Shown: piece by piece, positions 18,534 to 27,805 of the stretch | Position numbering within the stretch: the stretch's first letter is position 1 | How the letters are laid out: each line of letters opens with the position of its first letter | From: an uncultured Holophagae bacterium | Lineage (GTDB): Bacteria; Acidobacteriota; Thermoanaerobaculia; Thermoanaerobaculales; Sulfomarinibacteraceae | NCBI GenBank assembly: GCA_963710645.1 | Contig: CAVQBD010000002.1 | Coordinates: 74,828-138,827 of the forward strand | Length of the DNA stretch: 64,000 nt | Direction of reading: 5' to 3' | The notes under the pieces: generated by a model | The model's database searches: none | What the model was told of the DNA's origin: nothing | What the model saw: only the letters and a program-made list of their open reading frames with translations | Made by a program: the position numbers and the translations under genes

Positions 18534-18986
18534 ATGCCGATTCTGGTGGACGGCAATAACCTGCTGTTTCGGCTGCCTAGGGGGTCGCGGTCCCGTGCCG
18601 AGGTGCGCCGTCTGGTATTGGAGACGACTCGCCATGAACGGATGGCGGTGGTGGTGGTCTTCGACGGACCGCCTCCGGCAGGTTCGCCGGCCGCGGAATC
18701 TCTGGGGTCGGTGACGGTGGTTTACGCGGGCGCAGCCATCGCCGACGACGTCATCATCAAACGACTGCCGTCGGGCCGCGCGGCCGGCCAGTGGGTGGTC
18801 GTTACCGATGATCGGGCTTTGGCCGACCGAGCCCGGCAACGCGGAGCATCCGTCCGCGGGATCGCCGAGTGGCAAAGCAAACGCCAGCCGACACCGAAAC
18901 GGGTTTCCAGGGAACCAAGGCTCTCGTCCAACGAGGTTCGAGAGTGGGAGGAGTTTTTCTCCAGCGACGGCACCAGCGACGATTGA
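18534..18986 (+). CDS. NYN/PIN-like (YacP-type) predicted RNA-binding or ribonuclease protein
   Basis: MPILVDGNNLL ... VVVFDG ... DDVIIKRL ... VVVTDDRAL pattern. Start trimmed to ATG 18534. Confidence 0.6.
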   Translation: MPILVDGNNLLFRLPRGSRSRAEVRRLVLETTRHERMAVVVVFDGPPPAGSPAAESLGSVTVVYAGAAIADDVIIKRLPSGRAAGQWVVVTDDRALADRARQRGASVRGIAEWQSKRQPTPKRVSREPRLSSNEVREWEEFFSSDGTSDD

Positions 18987-19303
18987 CGACACCTTCTGGT
19001 CCGTGAGCCACCGACCGTTGAGTTGAGAATCAAGAGTCAAGAGTCGAAGGTTGTCCTGGCCACTGGCCACTCGCTGGTGACGGCTGGTCACCGCGGCCGG
19101 AGGCCGCGAGTAACCGCGGCGAACGCGGTCCGAAAATTGGCGCCACGAGTGTCACCGAACCGCCCGCAGACTGCCAATAATGTCTGGGTCTGTGAGCCGC
19201 AAGCCGTGAGGCGCGAGCCTCGCAAACGGGGATCTTCGTTCTTGGTTCTTCGATCTTCGTTCAGGTGGGCGGGTGGGGGATCCGGCATCCGGCCGGGTGG
19301 GGG

Positions 19304-20863
19304 TCAGCTTCCCCGCTGCTGGTGGGCGCGACGGAGGAGACGTTCGAGTTCCCGTTTGCCGACCAATTCCTTGTACATCTGCTTGGCGCGGGGGTTGTCC
19401 GGATCGGCACCGAGGGCCTTCTCCAGCGCTTTGCGTTCGCGCTCGGAATTGCGGCGGCGTCGCCAGAACAATGCCAGCTCCAGCCAAGCATCGATGTAGT
19501 CCGGATCGATTTCGATGGCTCGCCTCATGCAACCGAGGGCGCGGTTGGTCCACAGCGGGTTGCGCAGGAGGAGTTGCGACAGCTTGACCAGTTCCTTCGG
19601 CCGGGGGTCAAGCTTGCAGGCGTGCTCGAGAAGTTGAATTGCGAGATAGAACTCGCCTTCGCGGATCAGCTCGTCGGCCCGTTTGACGTTGGCCTGGACG
19701 ATAGCGCTGCGGGCATCGACGTTGGCCGCCACGCGACCCTCAGTTTCCTCCACCAGGTCTTCCCGTTCGTGCTCGACCTCGGCCAGGATCTTGTCGTAGC
19801 GTTCCCGGTTCTTCCAGTCGGAGAGCACCTGGTGGGCTTCCACGGCACGCTCGTAGATCGCGTCGAGTTCCGGTTTGAGGTCGCGGAGCCAGGCGTCCTT
19901 GCGCAGCTCCGTCGAGTACCGTTCCTTGATGCGTTGCAGGGCCCGGTTGATCTCGTCCCGGTCGGCGCCCTGCCGGAGGCCGAGGGCGCCATAGTGGTCG
20001 GTGCGGCGTGCTTCCTCGGCGAGCCGCCTGATGTTCTGGCGCTCCTGGCGTTGAATTTCGCCAATGGTTTCTTCGTCCACCGGTCTCGGTTGGTTCGAGG
20101 TCGGCTCCTTGGACTTCTTTTTCGACGGCTGGGAGGGCCCCTCGGCCTCGGCGAGCGTCACCACCCCGGCCACCAGCAGCGGATACAGGGTTGCGATCGC
20201 CTGCTCGTCGGGCAGAGCCGATACCTGGAACAGATTCGAAATGGTGCGCGCGCCCTCGAGTCGGCTGATCAGGAATCCTTCGGTAGGGGTGAGGTTGTAG
20301 TCCTGCAAGAGGTGATCGATCTCTCGCGACCGGCTGACCAGTTGGTTGAGAGAGCCGAGGGCGGTGAGCTTGGCCTTGTGGTCGTCGCACGCGCGGGCCG
20401 CGATCAAGATGATCTGCGATGTGAAGAGATTGGGCAAGGTGTCCGGTTGGTCCGGATTCTGTCCATCCAGAAACTCGTAGAACAGAGCCGGTTCGGCTGC
20501 GGACCTGCGAATAATGGCCAGAGTGAGTTCCTGCAACTCAGCTTCCAGGGTGGAACCATCCAGACAGCCGCGCGTCACAAGGAGGTGTCCCAGAGGAGGG
20601 GCGTTTTCGCCGCCCTGGGACAGCAAAGACAATGCGCGGTCGTCTTCGCTGATCTTGCCCCTATCCACAAGCCACATGCCGAGCTTCTCTTCTTCGGACG
20701 ACGATCGCGCGGCACGAATTTCACCGTTGACCCAGAGGATCTCGCGTCGCGCGCCATCGGTGGCTGTCGCCAGAACACCGGTCGCGGTTTGGTTGGCGAG
20801 TCGTGCCATGTGGCTCGGTAACGCGGTGCTTGTCTCCAGCCGGGTCGCCTCGTCACCGCTCAT
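19304..20863 (-). CDS. DUF4388-like N-domain + J-like domain (no HPD) + TPR protein
   Basis: N-terminal segment GVLATATDGARREILWVNGEI. J-like helix pattern DHYGALGLRQGADRDEINRALQRIKERYSTELRKD, with STE where HPD is expected. C-terminal TPR-like helices. Confidence 0.6.
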   Translation of the reverse strand: MSGDEATRLETSTALPSHMARLANQTATGVLATATDGARREILWVNGEIRAARSSSEEEKLGMWLVDRGKISEDDRALSLLSQGGENAPPLGHLLVTRGCLDGSTLEAELQELTLAIIRRSAAEPALFYEFLDGQNPDQPDTLPNLFTSQIILIAARACDDHKAKLTALGSLNQLVSRSREIDHLLQDYNLTPTEGFLISRLEGARTISNLFQVSALPDEQAIATLYPLLVAGVVTLAEAEGPSQPSKKKSKEPTSNQPRPVDEETIGEIQRQERQNIRRLAEEARRTDHYGALGLRQGADRDEINRALQRIKERYSTELRKDAWLRDLKPELDAIYERAVEAHQVLSDWKNRERYDKILAEVEHEREDLVEETEGRVAANVDARSAIVQANVKRADELIREGEFYLAIQLLEHACKLDPRPKELVKLSQLLLRNPLWTNRALGCMRRAIEIDPDYIDAWLELALFWRRRRNSERERKALEKALGADPDNPRAKQMYKELVGKRELERLLRRAHQQRGS

Positions 20864-20867
20864 CCCA

Positions 20868-21983
20868 TCAGCCCTCGATTTCCGAAGGAAACGAATCGGA
20901 GGTGCCGATGGGGATTTCGATGGAGTGGGGCTCGAAACCGTCCATCAGCAGATCCTCCGGAATTTCCGATATGGCTGCGTCGGCGGCCTCCCGGTCTGGA
21001 AACTGTCCCCACACCAGACGCCAGCACGGGCTGCCATCACCGGCATCCGCCGCCAGGGGTTTGAGTTCTTGAGAATTCTCACGGAACTTTTTGAGGACTC
21101 TCTGGAGTTCCTGGGGTTCACAACCCATATCCACGACCAGGGTCCACTCTGGACCGGCCACAGCGGTAAGTTCTTCGTCCTGTTTTGGTGAGTGATTCCA
21201 CCAGGCGGCCAGGAGAACGATCACCACCAACAGCGCCGCGAGCGCCGCCAGCAGCGACCAGATCGGTATGGTCCGTCGCTGTGCATCCGGATCCGGGAGA
21301 ACAAACCGCGAGGGCTCGGGGTCGTGGGTCGCATGTTCCAATGATCGCGGCTCGATCATTCCGGTTGCGACCAACGCTGCAAGGAGGTTGACCACCTCGG
21401 CGGGACCCGTGGATGAATGGCCAGAAATCTCTCTGGCGGTGCGCTGACCGGTGACCTTGGCGGCAATCAGATCGGCCTCTTCCGACAGCCTGAGGGGAGA
21501 GTACAGTTCGAGAAAGTCCTCGTTTCGGCAAAGAAGGACGTCGAGGTCCGGCAACACGACGCTCGCCAGGCGGCCGTCGGGGTCGGACAAGATCAGCTCG
21601 ACCACCGCATGTTTCATTGAAATGGTAGGCCGGCCGTCGATGACAAGCTCGGTGGCCCGCACCTCTGCATCCCGGTCGGTGGCCCGTAACCACTGTGACA
21701 CCGCGTCCTGCAAGATTTCTTTGACCGTGCCCACGGCCTGCGCCTGAGACAGGCCGTGCCGTTCGGCGATGGTTGTCGCTTCATCCAAAAGGTCGTCGTG
21801 CCCGGTCGGCGCAACACCTAGGCGGCGCGCCACCTCTGCGGAATCGAGCCCGCGGATGGACACGACCTTGCCGTCCGCCAACCCGAGAACCACGTCCAAA
21901 CCGGGCGCGGTCAACCGCACCTCTCCGCTCTGCCGCTGGGCGATCCATTGACCGAACCGCCAGATCACGTCTGGGTCATGCAT
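20868..21983 (-). CDS. Membrane protein: DUF4388-like N-domains, one TM helix, SPOR-like C-terminal domain
   Basis: N-terminal segment GEVRLTAPGLDVVLGLADGKVVSI. TM helix IWSLLAALAALLVVIVLLAAWW. C-terminal WTLVVDMG...CWRLVWGQFPDREAADAAISEIP resembles a SPOR repeat. Only 4 nt separate it from the downstream J-like gene. Confidence 0.5.
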   Translation of the reverse strand: MHDPDVIWRFGQWIAQRQSGEVRLTAPGLDVVLGLADGKVVSIRGLDSAEVARRLGVAPTGHDDLLDEATTIAERHGLSQAQAVGTVKEILQDAVSQWLRATDRDAEVRATELVIDGRPTISMKHAVVELILSDPDGRLASVVLPDLDVLLCRNEDFLELYSPLRLSEEADLIAAKVTGQRTAREISGHSSTGPAEVVNLLAALVATGMIEPRSLEHATHDPEPSRFVLPDPDAQRRTIPIWSLLAALAALLVVIVLLAAWWNHSPKQDEELTAVAGPEWTLVVDMGCEPQELQRVLKKFRENSQELKPLAADAGDGSPCWRLVWGQFPDREAADAAISEIPEDLLMDGFEPHSIEIPIGTSDSFPSEIEG

Positions 21984-22056
21984 ATCAAGCTACATGATAA
22001 ACGGTTCGGGGCGTCAGAAGTAGTGATCCACGCCGAAGATCTGTCTCTAACTGAAG

Positions 22057-22085
22057 GCTTGACAGTCGTGGGAAAGCTCCATACC
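22057..22085 (+). promoter_or_regulatory. Candidate sigma70-type promoter for the tRNA pair
   Basis: TTGACA (22057-22062), 17-nt spacer, TACCAT (22080-22085), about 27 nt upstream of tRNA-Val. Weak -10 element. Confidence 0.3.
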
Positions 22086-22111
22086 ATGACCCTCCCAACG
22101 GTGATCCGTTT

Positions 22112-22188
22112 GGGAGGTTAGCTCAGCTGGTTAGAGCACCTGCCTTACACGCAGGGGGTCGTGGGTTCGAATCCCCCACCTCCCACCA
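22112..22188 (+). tRNA. tRNA-Val (anticodon TAC)
   Basis: Cloverleaf folded by hand. Acceptor GGGAGGT/ACCTCCC, anticodon arm CCTGC-CTTACAC-GCAGG, T-loop TTCGAAT, encoded CCA. Confidence 0.9.
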
Positions 22189-22212
22189 TCTAACCGAGAG
22201 CCATACGACTGC

Positions 22213-22289
22213 GGGGTCGTAGTTCAGTTGGTTAGAACGCAGGCCTGTCACGCCTGAGGTCGCGAGTTCGAGTCTCGTCGGCCCCGCCA
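22213..22289 (+). tRNA. tRNA-Asp (anticodon GTC)
   Basis: Acceptor GGGGTCG/CGGCCCC, anticodon arm CAGGC-CTGTCAC-GCCTG, T-loop TTCGAGT, discriminator G, encoded CCA. Confidence 0.9.
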
Positions 22290-22301
22290 CTTCATTTCAC
22301 G

Positions 22302-22330
22302 GCCGCCCTTTTCGGGCGGCTGTTTCATTT
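22302..22330 (+). terminator. Rho-independent terminator after the tRNA pair
   Basis: GCCGCCC-TTTTC-GGGCGGC stem-loop followed by the T-rich tract TGTTTCATTT. Confidence 0.6.
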
Positions 22331-22488
22331 CGTGTCGGGGCCTCCGTGACTCGCGGCACCGTCACCTGGGGGCCGTCACGGACTGCCCGCCTTGCGGCAA
22401 GCCCGTTTCGGGCTGCCGTAGCAGGCGGTGGAGGTCGATATCCGCTCGCAATGCAGGACCGGAGAGGCTAAGGTCTTCTGGCCTGAAC

Positions 22489-23334
22489 ATGATCTACCTC
22501 GTCATCGTCTCCGTGGTCTGGGCTTTTTCGTTTCCCCTGATCAAGCTTCACCTGACCGGCTTGGATCCGAGCCTAGTGGCCTTTGTCAGGATGGCGCTGG
22601 CGCTGTTGGTGTTGGCGCCGTTCCTGCGCATGAAGGGTATGGACAGGGGCCTGGTCTTTCGGCTTGCCGCCATCGGGGGACTCCAGATGGGCGTGATGTA
22701 TGTAGCCTACATCCGGTCCTTCCGGTTCCTCCAATCCCATGAAGTGGCGCTTCTGACTATTTTGACGCCGCTGTGGGTCACCCTGATTTCCAGCCTGTTG
22801 TCTCGGCGACTCAACCTGAGGTTTCACCTGGCCGCTATTCTGGCCGTCTCCGGACCGGCCTTGATCGTCGCGAAGTCAGATGCTTTGGGACCAGCGGCGA
22901 TAGGCGTCGTCCTGGTGCAGATCGCGAACTTAGCGTTTGGGGCAGGCCAGATCTTCTTCAAACGGACCATGGCTGCTCATCCCGAACTCAAGAGCTTGAA
23001 CGTCATGGCCATTCTCTTTGCCGGAGCGTGCGTCGTGACCATGGCGGCCACAGCTCTGACCTTCGACGTGGATTCGTTCGAAATCACCTCCACCCAGGCG
23101 TGGGTTCTGGTGTATCTGGGGGTGGTGGCGGCCGGACTCGGATTTTTGCTGTGGAATCACGGCGCCACAAAGGTCAGCGACGGGGTTCTGGCCGTCATGA
23201 ACAATGGTTACATACCGATCGCGGTCGTGGCCGGGCTGTTGTGGCTGGGCGAAGAGGCCGATCCGGTTCGCCTGGTGGTGGGTACATCGCTCATGATCGC
23301 TGCCCTGCTCGTCGCTCGTCCAGAATCGGTGTGA
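22489..23334 (+). CDS. EamA/DMT-family transporter
   Basis: 281 aa with about 10 hydrophobic helices and two EamA-like halves (VVWAFSFPLIK... / ...GFLLWNHGATKVS). Confidence 0.75.
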   Translation: MIYLVIVSVVWAFSFPLIKLHLTGLDPSLVAFVRMALALLVLAPFLRMKGMDRGLVFRLAAIGGLQMGVMYVAYIRSFRFLQSHEVALLTILTPLWVTLISSLLSRRLNLRFHLAAILAVSGPALIVAKSDALGPAAIGVVLVQIANLAFGAGQIFFKRTMAAHPELKSLNVMAILFAGACVVTMAATALTFDVDSFEITSTQAWVLVYLGVVAAGLGFLLWNHGATKVSDGVLAVMNNGYIPIAVVAGLLWLGEEADPVRLVVGTSLMIAALLVARPESV

Positions 23335-23386
23335 ATTCGAGCGTTCCCCGCGGCGATCACCGTCGTTCGGATGGGCCGGCTGGTTC

Positions 23387-24733
23387 TCACGTGGAATCCG
23401 CCTCGGGTTTGTCTTCGGCCCGCTCGAAGCGCAGTTTCAGAACTCGCCTCTTGGAGACTTGGGTGACGGTCACGCGGTGGCCGCCTATGGTCATTTGGTC
23501 GCCCTCCATCGGCAGCCGGCCCAACAGGGATACGACGTGACCGCCGATGGTGTCATCGGTGGTGACCTCTTCCAGGCCCAGCAGATCGGCGGCCTCGGGA
23601 AGGGGAAGATCGCCGGCCATTTCAATCACGTTCAGCTCGTCGGTGCTGACGGACGGCTCCTCGTCATCGAATTCATCCTGGATAGGGCCGACGATTTCCT
23701 CGAGCGCGTCCTCGAGAAACGCCATGCCGATAGCCGTGCCGTGATCGTCCAGGACGATTGCCGACTTGGCCCTGGCCCGTTGCAGTTCAACGATCATCCG
23801 CCCCAACGACTGGGTGTCGGGTATGTACACGGGATCACGCGCGATGGCCTCGAGATCGACGGTTTGGCCCTCGGAGAGAGACGCCATGACGTCCTTCGCG
23901 TGCACGATTCCCGTGACCGCGTCCAGGTCGTCCTCGCACAGCGGGAATCGGGTGTGGCTGCTTTCGCGAATGATCCGCAGATTTTGCTCCACCGGCTGTC
24001 GGATGAAAAGCCGCACCACATCCACCCTGGGAACGAGGATGTGGCGCACTTGGAGGTTCACAAAGCCGAGGATGTTGTCGGCGAACTGGCGTTGACGGGC
24101 GCTGATGGTGCCGGCCTGGGCCGAGGCCGCGAGAACCGCCTTCAGCTCGTCCGCGCTGAAGGTCGTCTCGTGTTGCCCGGCCACGTCGATACCCACCAGC
24201 TTCAGCATCCAGTTTGAGATGTGGTTGATGACCCAGATGAGAGGGCCGAAAACCAGGGTGAACACACGCAGGGGATACGCGACCGCGACGGCGGTAGCCT
24301 CTGCCCGTTGGATGGCCCAGATCTTGGGAGCCTGCTCACCGAGGGTCATGTGCAGGGTCGTCACAATGGTCAGCGCCAAGGCGAGGGACACAGCGTGCAA
24401 CAGGGCACCTTCAGCAACCGGCCACCCCAAGGCCGTGGCCCCCGCCGCCAGCAAGTGGGCCACCGCCGGTTCAGCAAGCCACCCGAGGATCAGGCTGGAC
24501 ACGGTGATGCCGAACTGGCAGGCTGAGAGATAGAGATCCAAGTGGTCGAGCATCTTCCCGGCAACCCTGGCGCCTCCGCTGCCGCTGTCTCCGAGGCTTC
24601 GAAGGCGGCTGCTGCGGACCTTGACGAGAGAAAACTCGGCCGCCACGAAGAAGCCGTTGAGCAAGACGAAGAAGATGGTGACGCCAAGGCGCACCAGAAT
24701 CGTTGTCGCTTCAAAGGCGGGCGGGTGGTCCAT
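23387..24733 (-). CDS. DUF21-CBS-CorC/HlyC family transporter (CorC/TlyC-like; divalent-cation efflux candidate)
   Basis: 448 aa from ATG 24733 (MDHPPAF...). DUF21 membrane domain (NGFFVAAEFSLVKVR), CBS pair, and CorC_HlyC C-terminal domain (GHVVSLLGRLPMEGD). The upstream 88 codons in the track are R-rich with no support. Confidence 0.85.
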   Translation of the reverse strand: MDHPPAFEATTILVRLGVTIFFVLLNGFFVAAEFSLVKVRSSRLRSLGDSGSGGARVAGKMLDHLDLYLSACQFGITVSSLILGWLAEPAVAHLLAAGATALGWPVAEGALLHAVSLALALTIVTTLHMTLGEQAPKIWAIQRAEATAVAVAYPLRVFTLVFGPLIWVINHISNWMLKLVGIDVAGQHETTFSADELKAVLAASAQAGTISARQRQFADNILGFVNLQVRHILVPRVDVVRLFIRQPVEQNLRIIRESSHTRFPLCEDDLDAVTGIVHAKDVMASLSEGQTVDLEAIARDPVYIPDTQSLGRMIVELQRARAKSAIVLDDHGTAIGMAFLEDALEEIVGPIQDEFDDEEPSVSTDELNVIEMAGDLPLPEAADLLGLEEVTTDDTIGGHVVSLLGRLPMEGDQMTIGGHRVTVTQVSKRRVLKLRFERAEDKPEADST

Positions 24734-24792
24734 TCTGGTCCTCCGTTTGTGGGATTCTATATGTAACAGATTGATTCTGAAAGGGGCTACAC

Positions 24793-25611
24793 ATGTGGTA
24801 CGACGTTTGGATCGGCGCCCTGCGCAGTACGGTGATGAAGGTTCACCAAAATGCACCGGCCGTCGTTGCGGCCGTATTGTTGGTTCTCTTGGGCTGGGCC
24901 CTGGCCTGGCTCTTGGCCCGCGTCGGGAAGAGGGTCGCTGAACGCATCCTCGACGCGCTGTCGTCGAGCCGGTTCGTGGACGACGCCATCGACTCAAGCG
25001 GAGTGCGCTCCACGGCCCCGCGGGTTTTTGCGGGAATCGTCTCCTGGGCGGTTTTTCTGTTGTTCTTGGCGGCGGCGGTGGAGGTCCTTGGCCTTCCAGT
25101 CATGACGAACCTGGTTGGGCAGGTTGCCGCGTATCTCCCCAACCTCCTGGCGGCGGCCGTCATCTTCCTCGCTGCTGTGATCGCGGCGAGGATCGCGCGC
25201 GCAGCGGTGACGAAGGCCGCCCGGGCGGCCGGCATTCCCCAGGCGACCGGAATTGCAAACGTCGTCCACGGCACAATCTTCGTCATCGCGGTTGTCATCG
25301 CTTTGGAACAGCTCGGCATCAAGGGCCGAGTGCTCGAACTGACAGTGGCCGTTACGGTGGGGTCGACCCTGGCTGCCGCGGCACTGGCGTTTGGATTGGG
25401 CGCTCGCCAATCGGTGGCGAATATCATATCGGCTCGCTACGTGGCCCAGTTCTGCCGGGTCGGCCAGGCTGTCAGGATCGATGGTATCGAGGGGACCGTG
25501 GTCCAACTGACGACCACGGCGGTGATTGTAGAGGCGGAGGAGGGTAGGGTCGTCATCCCGGCAGCCCATTTCCACGATTCCCTCTCGGTCATGCTGTCGG
25601 GAGGGCCGTGA
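24793..25611 (+). CDS. Small-conductance mechanosensitive-channel-like membrane protein (conserved TM-helix repeats + beta C-terminal domain)
   Basis: Repeated TM segments with LPNLLAAAVIFLAAVIAARIA-type helices. C-terminal segment VGQAVRIDGIEGTVVQLTTTAVIVEAEEGRVVIPAAHF resembles the MscS beta-domain. Its stop lies 1 nt before the next start. Confidence 0.55.
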   Translation: MWYDVWIGALRSTVMKVHQNAPAVVAAVLLVLLGWALAWLLARVGKRVAERILDALSSSRFVDDAIDSSGVRSTAPRVFAGIVSWAVFLLFLAAAVEVLGLPVMTNLVGQVAAYLPNLLAAAVIFLAAVIAARIARAAVTKAARAAGIPQATGIANVVHGTIFVIAVVIALEQLGIKGRVLELTVAVTVGSTLAAAALAFGLGARQSVANIISARYVAQFCRVGQAVRIDGIEGTVVQLTTTAVIVEAEEGRVVIPAAHFHDSLSVMLSGGP

Positions 25612-25612
25612 A

Positions 25613-26449
25613 ATGGAGGCGACCGGTCAACTGGCGACCAGATTCGCCACGGAGCATCCCGATGAGGTTTCGCGCAGGCTCGAGAGTCTGGAGCCGGCGG
25701 TGGTGGCGCGGTTCCTCGAAGGGGTTACTCCCGCCACGGCGGCGAGTCTGATCCACCGAATGGCCCCCGCGATCGTGGCTGGATCTGTCGAGGTCATGGA
25801 AGACGGGCCGTGTATCGATATGCTCGTGCTCGTGCCCGTCCAGCGCTGCGTGCAAGTGTTGCGGCACGTCGACCCCCAACGTTGTGGCCATATCCTCAGC
25901 CACCTCCCGGAGCCTCTGGAGACGAAGGTTACCCGGATCCTGCGTTACCCGGACGGTTCGGCTGGGGCGATGGCGGACACTTCGGTCGACCCGTTGCCTG
26001 CCGACATGACCGTAGGCGACGCCTGCAAAATCTCTCAAGACCCACGTGTCCCATACGTCTACGTGGTTGGTCGCGACCACAGGCTCGCAGGAGTGGTCCA
26101 CAGACGCGACGCGAGGGCAGCGGATAAACAGTCGACCCTCGAGGCGATCATGACCACGGACGTGATTCGGATTCCCGCCCGCGCCTCGGTCGCTGCGGTT
26201 CAGAAGCACAGCGCCTGGCGCGATCTCGACGCTCTGCCGGTGGTCGATTCGTCGGGCGTCTACGTCGGGACGATTCGCCACAAATCGCTTCGGGAACTCC
26301 GGGAATCTCCGCCGTTGGCGGCTGGACCGGAATCACCACTTTCGACACTGCTCGACCTCGGCGAGTTGTATTGGGTTGGTTTGGACTCGTTGGTCGCCGT
26401 GCTCGCGGCGAAGGCGGGGGACTCTCCGGCCGGAGGGGTGGAACAATGA
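25613..26449 (+). CDS. Soluble MgtE-like protein: MgtE N-domain + CBS pair, no membrane domain
   Basis: Aligns by eye with the N-terminal 270 aa of the following MgtE (both carry the LESLEP/LESVAP ...RFL... ILRYPDGSAGAMAD / LMSYPADTAGSIMD pattern). It stops before any TM segment, and the stop overlaps the mgtE start (ATGA). Confidence 0.7.
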   Translation: MEATGQLATRFATEHPDEVSRRLESLEPAVVARFLEGVTPATAASLIHRMAPAIVAGSVEVMEDGPCIDMLVLVPVQRCVQVLRHVDPQRCGHILSHLPEPLETKVTRILRYPDGSAGAMADTSVDPLPADMTVGDACKISQDPRVPYVYVVGRDHRLAGVVHRRDARAADKQSTLEAIMTTDVIRIPARASVAAVQKHSAWRDLDALPVVDSSGVYVGTIRHKSLRELRESPPLAAGPESPLSTLLDLGELYWVGLDSLVAVLAAKAGDSPAGGVEQ

Positions 26450-27753
26450 ACAGTGATTTCCACGGGGCGACCACATCTTTGGCTGCAGACTACATTGCCC
26501 TGTTTCCGGAAGAGGCGGCGGCCGAACTGGAAAGTGTGGCACCTCCTGAAATAGCGCGATTCCTTGCCACATGTCCCACGGAAAGAGCGGCAGCCGTTCT
26601 CGGGCTGCTGCGGTCGGACATTGCCGCTGCGACGGTCACCACGATGGGGGAGACGGAGTGGAAGAGGTTGCTCCCTGTCGTCGATCCTGCCCGCGCCGTG
26701 GTGTTTCTGGCGCGGTTGGATGATTCCGTTCTCAACAGCATCCTGAGCGAGGTGGATCGCGGCACCGCGCGCGAACTCGAGACGCTCATGAGTTATCCAG
26801 CGGACACAGCGGGCTCGATCATGGACCCGCGCGTCGCCATGTTGCGGGCCGATGCGACTGCGGACCATGCACTTCAGTACCTTCGCGGTCTTCGCAAACA
26901 GAGGATCTACAACGTCCACGTGGTTGACCGTGGCGGAAGATACATCGGGAGCGTGCCGCTGCTTGAACTCGCCATCGCAGATCCCGAACAGGAGCTTCAA
27001 GGGATGATCGCAAGCCCGCCGGTGGCCGTCCAGGCAACCGCATCGCAGACCGAAGTGGTCGAGTTGATCGAGAAGCTTCGGATTCCATCGTTGCCGGTGG
27101 TGGACTTTGATGGCCACCTGATCGGACTCATCCGCTCCCAGGCCCTGACCGCCGCGGTGGAACAGGAGGCAACCGCCGACATTCAGAGCATGGTCGGTGC
27201 CAGTCGGGACGAACGCGCCCTGTCGCCGGTCCCCTTTGCCGTGCGAAAGCGGCTGCCGTGGCTCGAGGTCAACCTCGCGACGGCTTTTCTCGCCGCGTCG
27301 GTCGTCGGGTTGTTCGAAAGCACGATCGCGCGTTTTACGGCGCTGGCCGTCCTATTGCCGGTGGTGGCCGGGCAGTCGGGCAACACGGGAGCGCAGGCTT
27401 TGGCGGTGACCATGCGCGGTCTGGCCTTGCGGGAGATTGGGGTGCGCCATTGGCTCAGAGTCGCCGTGAAGGAGTTCAAGGTGGCATTCATCAACGGGAT
27501 CGCCGTCGCCGTCACCACTGCTGCGGCTGTCTTCCTGTGGAGCCGTTCGTCCGGGCTGACCCTTGTTATTGGAGTCTCCATGGTCCTGTCCATGGCTGCC
27601 GCCGGTCTCGCAGGGGCTGCGATCCCGATGTTTCTGACGGCCATCCACCAAGACCCCGCACAATCGTCGTCGATCATTCTCACCACCATCACCGACGTGG
27701 TTGGTTTCTTCAGCTTTCTGGGGATCGCCACCCTTCTCGCCGGAATGTTGTAA
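26446..27753 (+). CDS. mgtE: Magnesium transporter MgtE
   Basis: N-domain + CBS pair + 5-TM domain with family motifs (LPVVAGQSGNTGAQALAVTMRGLAL ... DPAQSSSIILTTITDVVGFFSFLG). Confidence 0.85.
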   Translation: MNSDFHGATTSLAADYIALFPEEAAAELESVAPPEIARFLATCPTERAAAVLGLLRSDIAAATVTTMGETEWKRLLPVVDPARAVVFLARLDDSVLNSILSEVDRGTARELETLMSYPADTAGSIMDPRVAMLRADATADHALQYLRGLRKQRIYNVHVVDRGGRYIGSVPLLELAIADPEQELQGMIASPPVAVQATASQTEVVELIEKLRIPSLPVVDFDGHLIGLIRSQALTAAVEQEATADIQSMVGASRDERALSPVPFAVRKRLPWLEVNLATAFLAASVVGLFESTIARFTALAVLLPVVAGQSGNTGAQALAVTMRGLALREIGVRHWLRVAVKEFKVAFINGIAVAVTTAAAVFLWSRSSGLTLVIGVSMVLSMAAAGLAGAAIPMFLTAIHQDPAQSSSIILTTITDVVGFFSFLGIATLLAGML

Positions 27754-27805
27754 GACGCGGGGCCGGTATTCTTCACCCGACACTTCAGGGTGCTAATCTC
27801 TGAGG

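Noticed and set aside
22112-22289. The tRNA pair as an integration hotspot or genomic-island boundary.
   Set aside because: No integrase, no direct repeat of a tRNA 3' end and no compositional break are visible on either side. The flanking genes (a DUF4388-like gene and an EamA transporter) look native.
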